Of a stretch of 37,551 nt of DNA, positions 20,796 to 28,268 are shown piece after piece. The stretch is from a virus (lineage: Duplodnaviria; Caudoviricetes): the IMG/VR virus record IMGVR_UViG_3300037188_000016, positions 1 through 37,551 of that record; one strand, written 5' to 3'. The number at the start of each line of letters is the position of its first letter. Position 1 is the stretch's first letter. The notes beneath the pieces are model-generated. The model did not search any database, was not told where the DNA came from, and was given only the letters and a program-made list of their open reading frames with translations. Made by a program: the position numbers and the translations under genes.

Positions 20796-20814
20796 ATTAT
20801 AGGGAGATAATTAA

Positions 20815-21666
20815 ATGATTACATCGATTAAAAGGGAGTTTAATCTATTCCCGAATATCGTCGGAATAGTAACAACCGACAATTTAAGTGCAATTACAAC
20901 CGCTGATTATTTCAGTTCTCAAGCCGCTACTGTTGAACTATTAAATAATGGTGTTTGGCAGTGGGAAGTTGAAGACATCGTTTTAATTTATTACGCAACT
21001 GCTCAAATAGGCTGGTTTACTTATGATGCGTCTACTGATGCATTCGTTTCATTAGCTGCCAATGGTGGATTGTCTAATACATTGCCTTCTGGGGATATGT
21101 TTGTTGGTAATGCTTCAAACGTAGCCACTGCTGTTGCAATGTCCGGTGATGCTACCTTAAGTAACACTGGTGTATTAACGATTGCTGCGGGTGCTGTATC
21201 TGGATCTAAGATTGCCAATAATGCTGTTGACTATGCGCAATTGGCTTTAGACGTGGCTGCTACTGCTACAGTAACCTTGACTGCTGCACAGATTAAAGCT
21301 TTATACGATACTCCTGTGCAATTGGTTGCGGCTCCTGGTGCTGGAAAGTTAATTCTCATTGATAGCATTCTTTGGGATATCGCTTACGGAACTGCGCAAT
21401 TTACAGCCGGTGGTGCAATCCAGGCTCAGTATGGAAATACTGTCCATGGTGCGGGTTCTCCTGCTTCTGCTTCTATTGCCGCTGCTACATTGAACGGCGT
21501 TGCTGCAAGTGGATACCTTGCCAACGGTTCAGGTTCAGCGACTTTAAATGCTCCTGCAACTGTAAGAAACACCGCGGTATTTTTATCAAATGCTACAGCG
21601 GACTTTGCAACTGGCGATAGTACTGCTACATTGTATGTTCGATACAGAGTAGTTACACCAGCATAA
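20815..21666 (+). CDS. virion structural protein (fibre or decoration candidate)
   Basis: 283 aa, Ala/Thr-rich; MSGDATLSNTGVLTI and LTAAQIKALYDTPVQLVAAPGAGK motifs; capsid-like codon bias. Confidence 0.65.
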   Translation: MITSIKREFNLFPNIVGIVTTDNLSAITTADYFSSQAATVELLNNGVWQWEVEDIVLIYYATAQIGWFTYDASTDAFVSLAANGGLSNTLPSGDMFVGNASNVATAVAMSGDATLSNTGVLTIAAGAVSGSKIANNAVDYAQLALDVAATATVTLTAAQIKALYDTPVQLVAAPGAGKLILIDSILWDIAYGTAQFTAGGAIQAQYGNTVHGAGSPASASIAAATLNGVAASGYLANGSGSATLNAPATVRNTAVFLSNATADFATGDSTATLYVRYRVVTPA

Positions 21667-21710
21667 GAAGAGTTGTAGATGAACAAGCTAAGGATAGCTT
21701 TCATTTTGTG

Positions 21711-21760
21711 CCTGTGGAGATGCTTAGGATGAGCAAATCTCCACGGGTTCTTTTTCTTTT
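21711..21760 (+). terminator. Rho-independent terminator at the end of the structural operon
   Basis: CCTGTGGAGAT...ATCTCCACGGG stem followed by TTCTTTTTCTTTT. Confidence 0.75.
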
Positions 21761-21811
21761 CCCCAAAATTCTTATTAAATCACTTGTTCATTGGTCAGGA
21801 GGACTTTTGTT

Positions 21812-22213
21812 ATGCAAGATTTACAACAATGGATTAAAACGTGTGAAGGTTTAGATTTAAAATCTTATGTAGATACGAACGGCCATTTAACCATCGGCTG
21901 GGGTAGAAACCTTGAAAATGGTATTCGCTTAGATGAAGCTGAGTTGATGTTTCAAAATGATTATAAGCAAACCGTTGAAGAATTAGAGCAATGCGACTGG
22001 TACACCATGCAACCGGATGGCGTTAAAAATGCTCTTATCAATATGAATTTCAATCTTGGAATTACTAAGATGGAAGGCTTCAAAAAGATGATAGAAGCAC
22101 TGCGAGCCAAAGACTATACACAAGCGGCTCTGGAAGCCTTAGACAGTCGTTGGGCTAACCAAGTACATAAACGTGCAAATGATATAGCGGTGATGATTCG
22201 AGCTGGAAAATGA
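21812..22213 (+). CDS. endolysin, GH24 / T4-like lysozyme
   Basis: ATG at 21812 with AGGAGG RBS; EG....Y.D..G..TIGWG catalytic motif; ALINMNFNLG and SRWANQV motifs. Confidence 0.9.
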   Translation: MQDLQQWIKTCEGLDLKSYVDTNGHLTIGWGRNLENGIRLDEAELMFQNDYKQTVEELEQCDWYTMQPDGVKNALINMNFNLGITKMEGFKKMIEALRAKDYTQAALEALDSRWANQVHKRANDIAVMIRAGK

Positions 22214-22605
22214 GCCTAAAGCCGGAACAAATCGACCATATCAATTTAGTGAACTGGTTTCATTATAATTTTCCAGAATTGGCTGATGACTTACATCACT
22301 TTGCTAATGAACGAAAATGCAGCGAATATGAAGGTAAAAAATTAAAAAAAATGGGTGTTAAAAAAGGAGTTTCTGATTTTTTCCTAGCCGTACCTGTTCA
22401 GAATGAATATGGGGTTTGGTGGGCTGGATTGTGGGTCGAGTTAAAAGTTGGAAAGGGAAAACTTACACCGGAACAATCGGCATTTATCCATCGTAAATTA
22501 CAACGTGGTTATGAAGCCGTTGCGGTCTGGGGTGAGGATGCTGCAAAAGCAGTAATTTTGACTTATTTAAACAGGGGCGTTAAAAATGAGCGAAGCAAGT
22601 TATGA
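22210..22605 (+). CDS. VRR-NUC domain nuclease
   Basis: HFANE...KKMGVKKGVSD...ELKVGKGKLTPEQ (PD-(D/E)xK). Confidence 0.88.
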   Translation: MSLKPEQIDHINLVNWFHYNFPELADDLHHFANERKCSEYEGKKLKKMGVKKGVSDFFLAVPVQNEYGVWWAGLWVELKVGKGKLTPEQSAFIHRKLQRGYEAVAVWGEDAAKAVILTYLNRGVKNERSKL

Positions 22606-23128
22606 GTTTGATCCATGTAGTATAGATGGAAGTGATCAAGAAGAAGAACCAGTAACATTGGATAACTGGAAGCCGAGCGAACATAAACCAAAGATAGTTG
22701 CTTCTAAATGGCGGCAAGATTCTATTGGAACGAATTTTAATCAGCAACCAGGATTGGATGAGTTAAACAAAATCCATATGTTTCTCAAAAAGAAAGCCTC
22801 TGATGCTGATATCATGAAAGCTTTTGGTATTAGCGCTGAAACTTTAATCGCTATCAGAAAAGACAAGTATGACCCTGTTGATGGAATATCCCTCGATAAC
22901 CAAAGCAAAATATACAAAGAGTTTAAGCGTCTTGAAGACCGCATTGAGAGCTTACTCAGAGGCATCAATCATATTGCAGACTGTATGTTCATTGATAAAA
23001 AGTCTAAGGCTGATTATAAAAAGTCATTCAAAAAGCCTAAAAAGGCAAAAGTAGAAAAAAAGCCAAAAGATGAGGAATATGAGGAAATGTGTGAGCAAAA
23101 TGACGATTTTTCCCCAGAAGAAGAATAG
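22586..23128 (+). CDS. hypothetical protein, possibly with an HTH
   Basis: 180 aa; SDADIMKAFGISAETLIAIRK is HTH-like; tail is Lys-rich and then acidic. Confidence 0.6.
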   Translation: MSEASYEFDPCSIDGSDQEEEPVTLDNWKPSEHKPKIVASKWRQDSIGTNFNQQPGLDELNKIHMFLKKKASDADIMKAFGISAETLIAIRKDKYDPVDGISLDNQSKIYKEFKRLEDRIESLLRGINHIADCMFIDKKSKADYKKSFKKPKKAKVEKKPKDEEYEEMCEQNDDFSPEEE

Positions 23129-23157
23129 AATCTGATCCATCCATGAAGGAAACAGTT

Positions 23158-23189
23158 GAGGGGTTCGTTATGCGACCCCTTCTTTATTT
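23158..23189 (+). terminator. Rho-independent terminator
   Basis: GAGGGGTTCG-TTATG-CGACCCCTT followed by CTTTATTT. Confidence 0.6.
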
Positions 23190-23260
23190 CAAAACATCTT
23201 GACATCAAGCCCTCAATACATCAAGATTCCTGCGTTTCAAGACATCAAGGAATCAAGATA
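23189..23260. repeat. 8-bp-period repeat array (consensus TCAAGACA), parH/operator-like centromere
   Basis: tcaaaaca tcttgaca tcaagccc tcaataca tcaagatt cctgcgtt tcaagaca tcaaggaa tcaagata, ending at the parA ATG. Confidence 0.8.
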
Positions 23261-23892
23261 TGATTATTTCAATATTAAATCAAAAGGGCGGTACGGGTAA
23301 AACCACGCTGGCTGTTAATATGGCGCGTGAATATACCAAGCGCAACTGTAAAACATTACTTGTCGATTCAGACGGTCAAGGATCTGCTTTGCGCTGGCAT
23401 GAAGAATCAGGCGGTGAATTAATTGATTTAACGTGCTTGCCTGTTACAACCCTCGATAAAGACGTACTGAAATTTACCGATAGATATCAGAGAATTATTA
23501 TTGATGGCGTACCTAGCGTTTCCCCGTTAACCATTTGCGCAATTAAAGCGGCTGATGTTGTTTTAATTCCCGTTCAACCTTCTCCTTACGATATATGGGC
23601 TACAGAAGATTTAGTTAAACTCGTTAAACAACGTCAGGAATTGAGTGACGGTAAATTAAAAGCGGCTTTCGTAGTCAGTAGAAGAATTAAAGGTACAAAA
23701 ATTGGCAATGAGATTGTAAAACAATTAACCTCTTTTGAATTGCCGGTATTTTTACATGGTACTTATCAACGTATCGAATACGCTAAAGCTGTTCAAGAGG
23801 GAAGAACTGTTTGTGATTTAAAAAGCGAAGCAGCTCTTGAAGTGACAGCTATCGTTAATGAGTTAGAGGAATTTATAAATGGCACTGATTGA
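23260..23892 (+). CDS. parA: ParA/ParF partition ATPase (type Ib)
   Basis: Deviant Walker [23 protein letters not shown] and [11 protein letters not shown] motifs; 210 aa with no N-terminal HTH. Confidence 0.93.
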   Translation: MIISILNQKGGTGKTTLAVNMAREYTKRNCKTLLVDSDGQGSALRWHEESGGELIDLTCLPVTTLDKDVLKFTDRYQRIIIDGVPSVSPLTICAIKAADVVLIPVQPSPYDIWATEDLVKLVKQRQELSDGKLKAAFVVSRRIKGTKIGNEIVKQLTSFELPVFLHGTYQRIEYAKAVQEGRTVCDLKSEAALEVTAIVNELEEFINGTD

Positions 23893-24085
23893 TTCGGGTA
23901 AGAAAATCGATAAAGAGAAGCAGCATAAAGAATTGACTGGTTTAATGAAGAATATGGATATTAAACAATATCCCCTGAGAATTCCTGCCAATCTCTATAA
24001 AAAGGTGCGTATTAAGCTCATGCAGGAAGACAAAAACCTTCGCGAGCTAATCCTCGATATGCTTAATCAATACATCAAGGAATAA
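23879..24085 (+). CDS. ParG-like ribbon-helix-helix centromere-binding protein
   Basis: 68 aa overlapping the parA end; [34 protein letters not shown] fits an RHH pattern. Confidence 0.75.
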   Translation: MALIDSGKKIDKEKQHKELTGLMKNMDIKQYPLRIPANLYKKVRIKLMQEDKNLRELILDMLNQYIKE

Positions 24086-24087
24086 AT

Positions 24088-24330
24088 ATGAGAAGTAGAG
24101 AAGAACATGTTAAGTTTTGCAAAGAAGAAGCCTATAAGTGTTATGAGTTTCATTTATCTGGTAAACAATATTCTGAGCCTGAAAATGCAATTAGACACGC
24201 TTGCACTACAATGTTGGTTGATATGAGTAAGCACCAAGAAACAGAAAAAGTAGCGGAAGCACTGTGTATGATGGTTATTTTTATTAAAACTGAGAGTGAA
24301 ATGCGTAAATTTATTGATGGTTTTAATTAG
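24088..24330 (+). CDS. hypothetical phage protein
   Basis: 80 aa with AAGGA RBS. Confidence 0.65.
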   Translation: MRSREEHVKFCKEEAYKCYEFHLSGKQYSEPENAIRHACTTMLVDMSKHQETEKVAEALCMMVIFIKTESEMRKFIDGFN

Positions 24331-24333
24331 ATA

Positions 24334-24373
24334 TATAGCAATATAGCAATCAAGACATCTTGACATAAAGACA
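24334..24373. repeat. second 8-bp-period repeat array
   Basis: tatagcaa tatagcaa tcaagaca tcttgaca taaagaca; shares units with the array upstream of parA. Confidence 0.7.
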
Positions 24374-24419
24374 TATTAGGTCTGGTTCTGTGTATAATCA
24401 GACTTAACAAGGAGGAAGT

Positions 24420-25247
24420 ATGAAAAAATGGATTTTAGCAGGATTTATGCTTTTGGCATTTGGATTGGCATATGGATTTTATGATACCGAATTACGACAT
24501 GATTTGCATTATAAAATGTCTTTGGCTTCTCCGTTGCCAATTGTGGATTTGGAACGAATAAAAAAAGTTCACATTATAAACCTTTCAGCTTCAAATAACA
24601 TGGATTGGTTTGATAGAAAATTCCTTGAAGAACCACATATCTATACATCCGATGATTTTTATCAGCGAATCATGGAGCATTACCACGTTATTCATGATGA
24701 ATTAGTTTTGAATTGGAAAATAACTGACGAGCAGACGCTTAAATCACTTTATTTTATGAATGTCGTGTCTAATATGTGGGGTTATGGTAATAAAGGAACC
24801 GACACTAAAACCGGTTGTGCTTGTACCAATGAAATAAATGAACATGCTTTTCCTTGTGAAACTCAATTCATTGAAAACCCAGAAGCCTATATTTACACCA
24901 AGATTGGATGTTGTGCTGATTCAGCTCGCGTTTTTAAATTTCTTTTAACGAAAGCTGGAATAAAAAATAGATACATGCAAAACCCTGGTCATATATTCAA
25001 TGATGTTTGGCTAGGCGGTCATTGGCAATCATTGGATGCAACGACGAATATGTGGTGGCGTGATAGTTGGGAAAATATTCAAAATGCAGAAACTCATTAT
25101 CATTTTAGCGTTTCTATTTTTCCTATGTACGGCGAAGTTTTAAACCATCCTTTCTATAGGCCATTTATTGGTGTGTTCAGGCATTATATGTTGCTTGAGG
25201 CGGTTTATAAGATGGCGAAGGATATTAAGCATCCAGACGTGATTTAA
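24420..25247 (+). CDS. secreted or membrane-anchored transglutaminase-like cysteine protein
   Basis: Signal-like N-terminus (MKKWILAGFMLLAFGLAYG); triad motifs GCCADSA, GHIFNDV and WQSLDAT; own TATAAT (24394-24399) and AAGGAGG RBS. Confidence 0.8.
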   Translation: MKKWILAGFMLLAFGLAYGFYDTELRHDLHYKMSLASPLPIVDLERIKKVHIINLSASNNMDWFDRKFLEEPHIYTSDDFYQRIMEHYHVIHDELVLNWKITDEQTLKSLYFMNVVSNMWGYGNKGTDTKTGCACTNEINEHAFPCETQFIENPEAYIYTKIGCCADSARVFKFLLTKAGIKNRYMQNPGHIFNDVWLGGHWQSLDATTNMWWRDSWENIQNAETHYHFSVSIFPMYGEVLNHPFYRPFIGVFRHYMLLEAVYKMAKDIKHPDVI

Positions 25248-25248
25248 A

Positions 25249-25305
25249 TGGAGGCTCCGAGAGGGTATCCATTGGATATCATATGCGCAAGACGCTGCCG
25301 GAGCC
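25249..25305 (-). ncRNA. 57-nt tRNA-like mini RNA
   Basis: GGCTCCG...CGGAGCC-T-CCA: a perfect 7-bp acceptor stem, discriminator and CCA, with two small internal hairpins. Confidence 0.55.
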
Positions 25306-25313
25306 ATAGCGAT

Positions 25314-25399
25314 TGGTGGAGAGGGATGGATTCGAACCATCGCGCCTTTTGGGAGCAGATTTACAGTCTGCCGACATCAACCACTCGTACCACCTCTCC
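25314..25399 (-). tRNA. tRNA-Tyr (GTA)
   Basis: Acceptor GGAGAGG/CCTCTCC-A-CCA; anticodon arm GCAGA-CTGTAAA-TCTGC; T arm GATGG-TTCGAAT-CCATC; long variable arm; imperfect D stem. Confidence 0.93.
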
Positions 25400-25403
25400 G
25401 AAT

Positions 25404-25507
25404 TGGCGAATGGGGGGATTTACACCCCTACAGCCTTTTACCGGCACAATCTCATAGCCTCACCATACCTGAGCGAGTTTACGCTTTCATGGGTTTGCCG
25501 TCTTCGC
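25404..25507 (-). ncRNA. ~104-nt tRNA-like RNA
   Basis: 3' end GGGG-TGTAAAT-CCCC (T-arm-like) then CCATTCG-CCA; 5' GCGAA pairs with TTCGC; internal stems CGGCA/TGCCG and AGCG/CGCT. Confidence 0.5.
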
Positions 25508-25521
25508 ATTGCTGCTAAGAA

Positions 25522-25582
25522 TGGTGGGGTAAGTAACCAATTCACGAGAGTGTTTATATCGCCCTTTGGCATAAGAACCCCA
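25522..25582 (-). ncRNA. ~60-nt CCA-ended structured RNA
   Basis: TGGGGT...ACCCCA-CCA closing stem; internal GCC-AAAG-GGC hairpin. Confidence 0.4.
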
Positions 25583-25590
25583 TAACTCAG

Positions 25591-25773
25591 TGGGTACTCT
25601 CACCCTGTCACGATTTATCTTTCCTGCCGGACTAGAATCGTTTAGCCCTGATTAACGGGGAAGCTCCGCTCTGTACATTACTGGTTGACACTCTGTACAG
25701 AATTCCTAAACGCCAATCAAGGGCGTTGCAACCGGAAAAATAACGCTGGGAACGCCTTAACGAACCCGAGTAC
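25591..25773 (-). ncRNA. ~183-nt CCA-ended structured RNA
   Basis: GTACTC...GAGTAC-CCA closing stem; helices TTATTTTTCC/GGAAAGATAA, AACGCC/GGCGTT and TCTGTACA/TGTACAGA. Confidence 0.5.
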
Positions 25774-25797
25774 TGTCTCACCGTCATGGGTGATCAG

Positions 25798-26118
25798 CTA
25801 ATTAGCCATAAACTCACTTCCATACTTCTTAATTGCTTGCTTGGACATGCATTCCTTATACAAAAATAACTTGCTGGAAGGATGCGTGGTTGGGTCTTTG
25901 ACGTTATATTTCCACAAACTAGGTGGCATAGTCAACCCGCATTTATCCATATAGGTACTACATTCTTTTAAAATGCATGTAATATGCGCAATGTATCCAT
26001 GTAATGAATCTTTATCCAGATGAATTACACCTAATGCATCTTTGTAAGATTGAATATGAGTGCCTAAAATACCAGCTTGACTCCTGTATTTATTCCAAAA
26101 ACTTATATGAAAGTTCAT
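25798..26118 (-). CDS. hypothetical protein
   Basis: 106 aa; ATGA overlap with the helicase stop. Confidence 0.6.
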   Translation of the reverse strand: MNFHISFWNKYRSQAGILGTHIQSYKDALGVIHLDKDSLHGYIAHITCILKECSTYMDKCGLTMPPSLWKYNVKDPTTHPSSKLFLYKECMSKQAIKKYGSEFMAN

Positions 26119-27839
26119 AACGATCCCTGTGATGGTTGAAAAATTTTCCTTTTTATCCTATACCCATTATCATCTTCATGAAGCATTATATGTGTAGGAG
26201 TGTTAACACTTTGAAGCATTTCTTGCATCTTCTCTCGTTTGTCGAGATGGATATACCAGTCGCTTGGTTTCTCGCAGTGTTTTTTGATGAACTGCCCATA
26301 GAAGACATGACGAGCCTTGTCGCTTATGGGCGTGTAGTTCTCATAAAAGGCTGCTATGCGTCCTTTGTCATCCCGACAGCGATACATACAATTTATTCTA
26401 AATCCTGTTTTAGAGTCCGATATTGCATATTTTGCATCAAGGACTTCAAGTTCTTTCAAGTCCGAGTTTGCTGATGGCAAAGTTAATTTATCATTTGGGT
26501 CTATCAATTCGTGTTGGCAAGCCCTACAATGGCGACTTGCGAGGTCATTTTTAACCCCGCATTCTTCGTTTGGACACTCCTTAAACTCAAAAAAATATTC
26601 GCAACGTTTATCATTGATTACTCCAACGCAACGACGAGCTGTTTCTGTATTTAACTCCATGCAAGCAGGGCATTTTATGACTCTTGGTTTATCATCATCT
26701 AAGGCCGTTCTAACCGCTTTAAGCAAGACTGGATTATCCCAATGACTATGCCGCTCAATATTACCCGCAAAATCTAAAACTAAGGCTCCTGTTTTATTGG
26801 TATTGGGTGACAAGCGTAAGACTCTTCCCATTGTTTGGACGAGGAGAACGAGGCTTTCTGTAGGGCGTAAATAAGCCAAGGTATCGAAAGCAGGAACATC
26901 GACACCCACACTAATGATGGCAATATTAACCAGGTATTTGATTTTTCCTTCACGAGCTGCATTTAAAATCCTTGTTCTTTCATCCTGTGGTGTCTCGCCT
27001 AATATTAAAGCACATTCGTCTGGCGGCAAATGACTCATTATCTCTTCGGCATGTTTTTTCGTTGTCGCAAAGATAAAGACCCCAAATCTAGCTTGGCTTT
27101 CCATGATATGAATGATTTGTTTGCAGATAAGCTCTGTTAAGCGAGCATTTTCACTGATTACCAGGTCAAGTTCTTTAGAATCAAATTTTCCATTGCTCTT
27201 AATTTTAACTTTTGAAAAGTCTATAACAAATTCTGGGTCTATTTTAAAATCAGGGTCAATTAGAAATTTCTGATTGATTAATTGCTCAGTAGTGATGTTT
27301 CCGACTTGTCGTTTGAAGAGACAATTATTTCCAACGATTTCGGTTCCTTTGAATCGGAAGTTTGTTCCGGTTGCTCCGAGTAGACGCATTTGAGGGTATT
27401 CTTGTTTGAAGTGGCGAAGTATCCGCATAAAGACGCTGCGCTCATCAAGATAATTAATCGAATGAGCCTCATCAACAATGATGATATTAAATCTGATTTG
27501 GGCGATTCGTTCATTTTTATTAATTCCGTTTAAAATTGATTGTGGTGTACCGAAAACGACCGGTGCACTTTCGTCTTTCTCTCCCAGAGCAGCACAATAA
27601 ATCGAAGCATTACCGCCTTGTTCTTTAAATGTAGCACAATTATTTCTAACAAGTTCAGCATTATTTACGAGACATAAAGCTCGCTTTTCTAATTTCTCCA
27701 TGCGCAGCAGAATATCGGCCAGCATTAAGCTTTTTCCAGCTCCAACACTTGCCATCAATAAGACTGGATTATCATTTTCTTTAAGGGCGTTCCAACACTC
27801 CTGAACTGCTTGTTTCTGGTAAATCCGTAATTCCTTCAT
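26115..27839 (-). CDS. SF2 DEAH helicase with C-terminal Zn fingers (YejH/RadD-like)
   Basis: LRIYQ Q-motif, ASVGAGKS, DEAH, GATGT, QTMGRVLR and LDFAGNIERH motifs; multiple CxxC pairs. Confidence 0.93.
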   Translation of the reverse strand: MKELRIYQKQAVQECWNALKENDNPVLLMASVGAGKSLMLADILLRMEKLEKRALCLVNNAELVRNNCATFKEQGGNASIYCAALGEKDESAPVVFGTPQSILNGINKNERIAQIRFNIIIVDEAHSINYLDERSVFMRILRHFKQEYPQMRLLGATGTNFRFKGTEIVGNNCLFKRQVGNITTEQLINQKFLIDPDFKIDPEFVIDFSKVKIKSNGKFDSKELDLVISENARLTELICKQIIHIMESQARFGVFIFATTKKHAEEIMSHLPPDECALILGETPQDERTRILNAAREGKIKYLVNIAIISVGVDVPAFDTLAYLRPTESLVLLVQTMGRVLRLSPNTNKTGALVLDFAGNIERHSHWDNPVLLKAVRTALDDDKPRVIKCPACMELNTETARRCVGVINDKRCEYFFEFKECPNEECGVKNDLASRHCRACQHELIDPNDKLTLPSANSDLKELEVLDAKYAISDSKTGFRINCMYRCRDDKGRIAAFYENYTPISDKARHVFYGQFIKKHCEKPSDWYIHLDKREKMQEMLQSVNTPTHIMLHEDDNGYRIKRKIFQPSQGSL

Positions 27840-27951
27840 GTGACATCCTGTCTACTAAGGGTTTTTGTATTAATATGGGCGATTCAAATACTATTGGATC
27901 GTCATTTTCCACATAGGGAGGGTATAACTTTGCAAATTCGTCTTTGGTCAT
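27781..27951 (-). CDS. small hypothetical protein (56 aa, MTKDEFAKLYPPY...)
   Basis: Not in the ORF track; TAATG coupling with the upstream gene; fills the gap but overlaps the helicase start by 59 nt. Confidence 0.4.
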   Translation of the reverse strand: MTKDEFAKLYPPYVENDDPIVFESPILIQKPLVDRMSHEGITDLPETSSSGVLERP

Positions 27952-28268
27952 TAATAATTACCATCTACGCCTTCAATTAAAATAAATTCAACTCCTGCTA
28001 AAGTCTTCCATCGACCTAATAGTTCTTTTTTTATGGAAATAACTTCTTTATCACAACAAGGGCATTTCAACCATTCACAATCCATTCCTTTATCAAACAT
28101 TATATTCAATAGGTGTCCCACGTTAGTTCCGGTTCGTTTTGCTCCAGGAACTTTTTCTATAAGCCATTCGGTTACTTTTTCTTGATTTAATACAGTATTT
28201 GAACAGAAAGGATGATAAGTTGTTTCATGACCATTATTGTGATCAACAAATAAGTAATTAAATTTCAT
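27951..28268 (-). CDS. hypothetical protein
   Basis: 105 aa, coupled within the leftward operon; CPCC motif. Confidence 0.6.
   Translation of the reverse strand: MKFNYLFVDHNNGHETTYHPFCSNTVLNQEKVTEWLIEKVPGAKRTGTNVGHLLNIMFDKGMDCEWLKCPCCDKEVISIKKELLGRWKTLAGVEFILIEGVDGNY

Noticed and set aside
23189-23260. Repeat arrays as CRISPR
   Set aside because: The units are 8 bp with no spacers and there are no cas genes. The 18-bp repeats at 35226-35306 are likewise iterons.
25314-25399. tRNA as an attachment site or prophage boundary
   Set aside because: Phage genes lie on both sides, I saw no duplicated 3' fragment, and there is no integrase.
25140-25585. ORFs 25140-25340(-), 25248-25457(+) and 25313-25585(+)
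   Set aside because: They are shadows of the tRNA/RNA array and lack an RBS or protein-like composition.
25591-25773. Calling the 183-nt RNA a 6S RNA or tmRNA
   Set aside because: It has a branched rather than rod-with-bubble fold, and no tmRNA-type GGGG 5' end or T arm.
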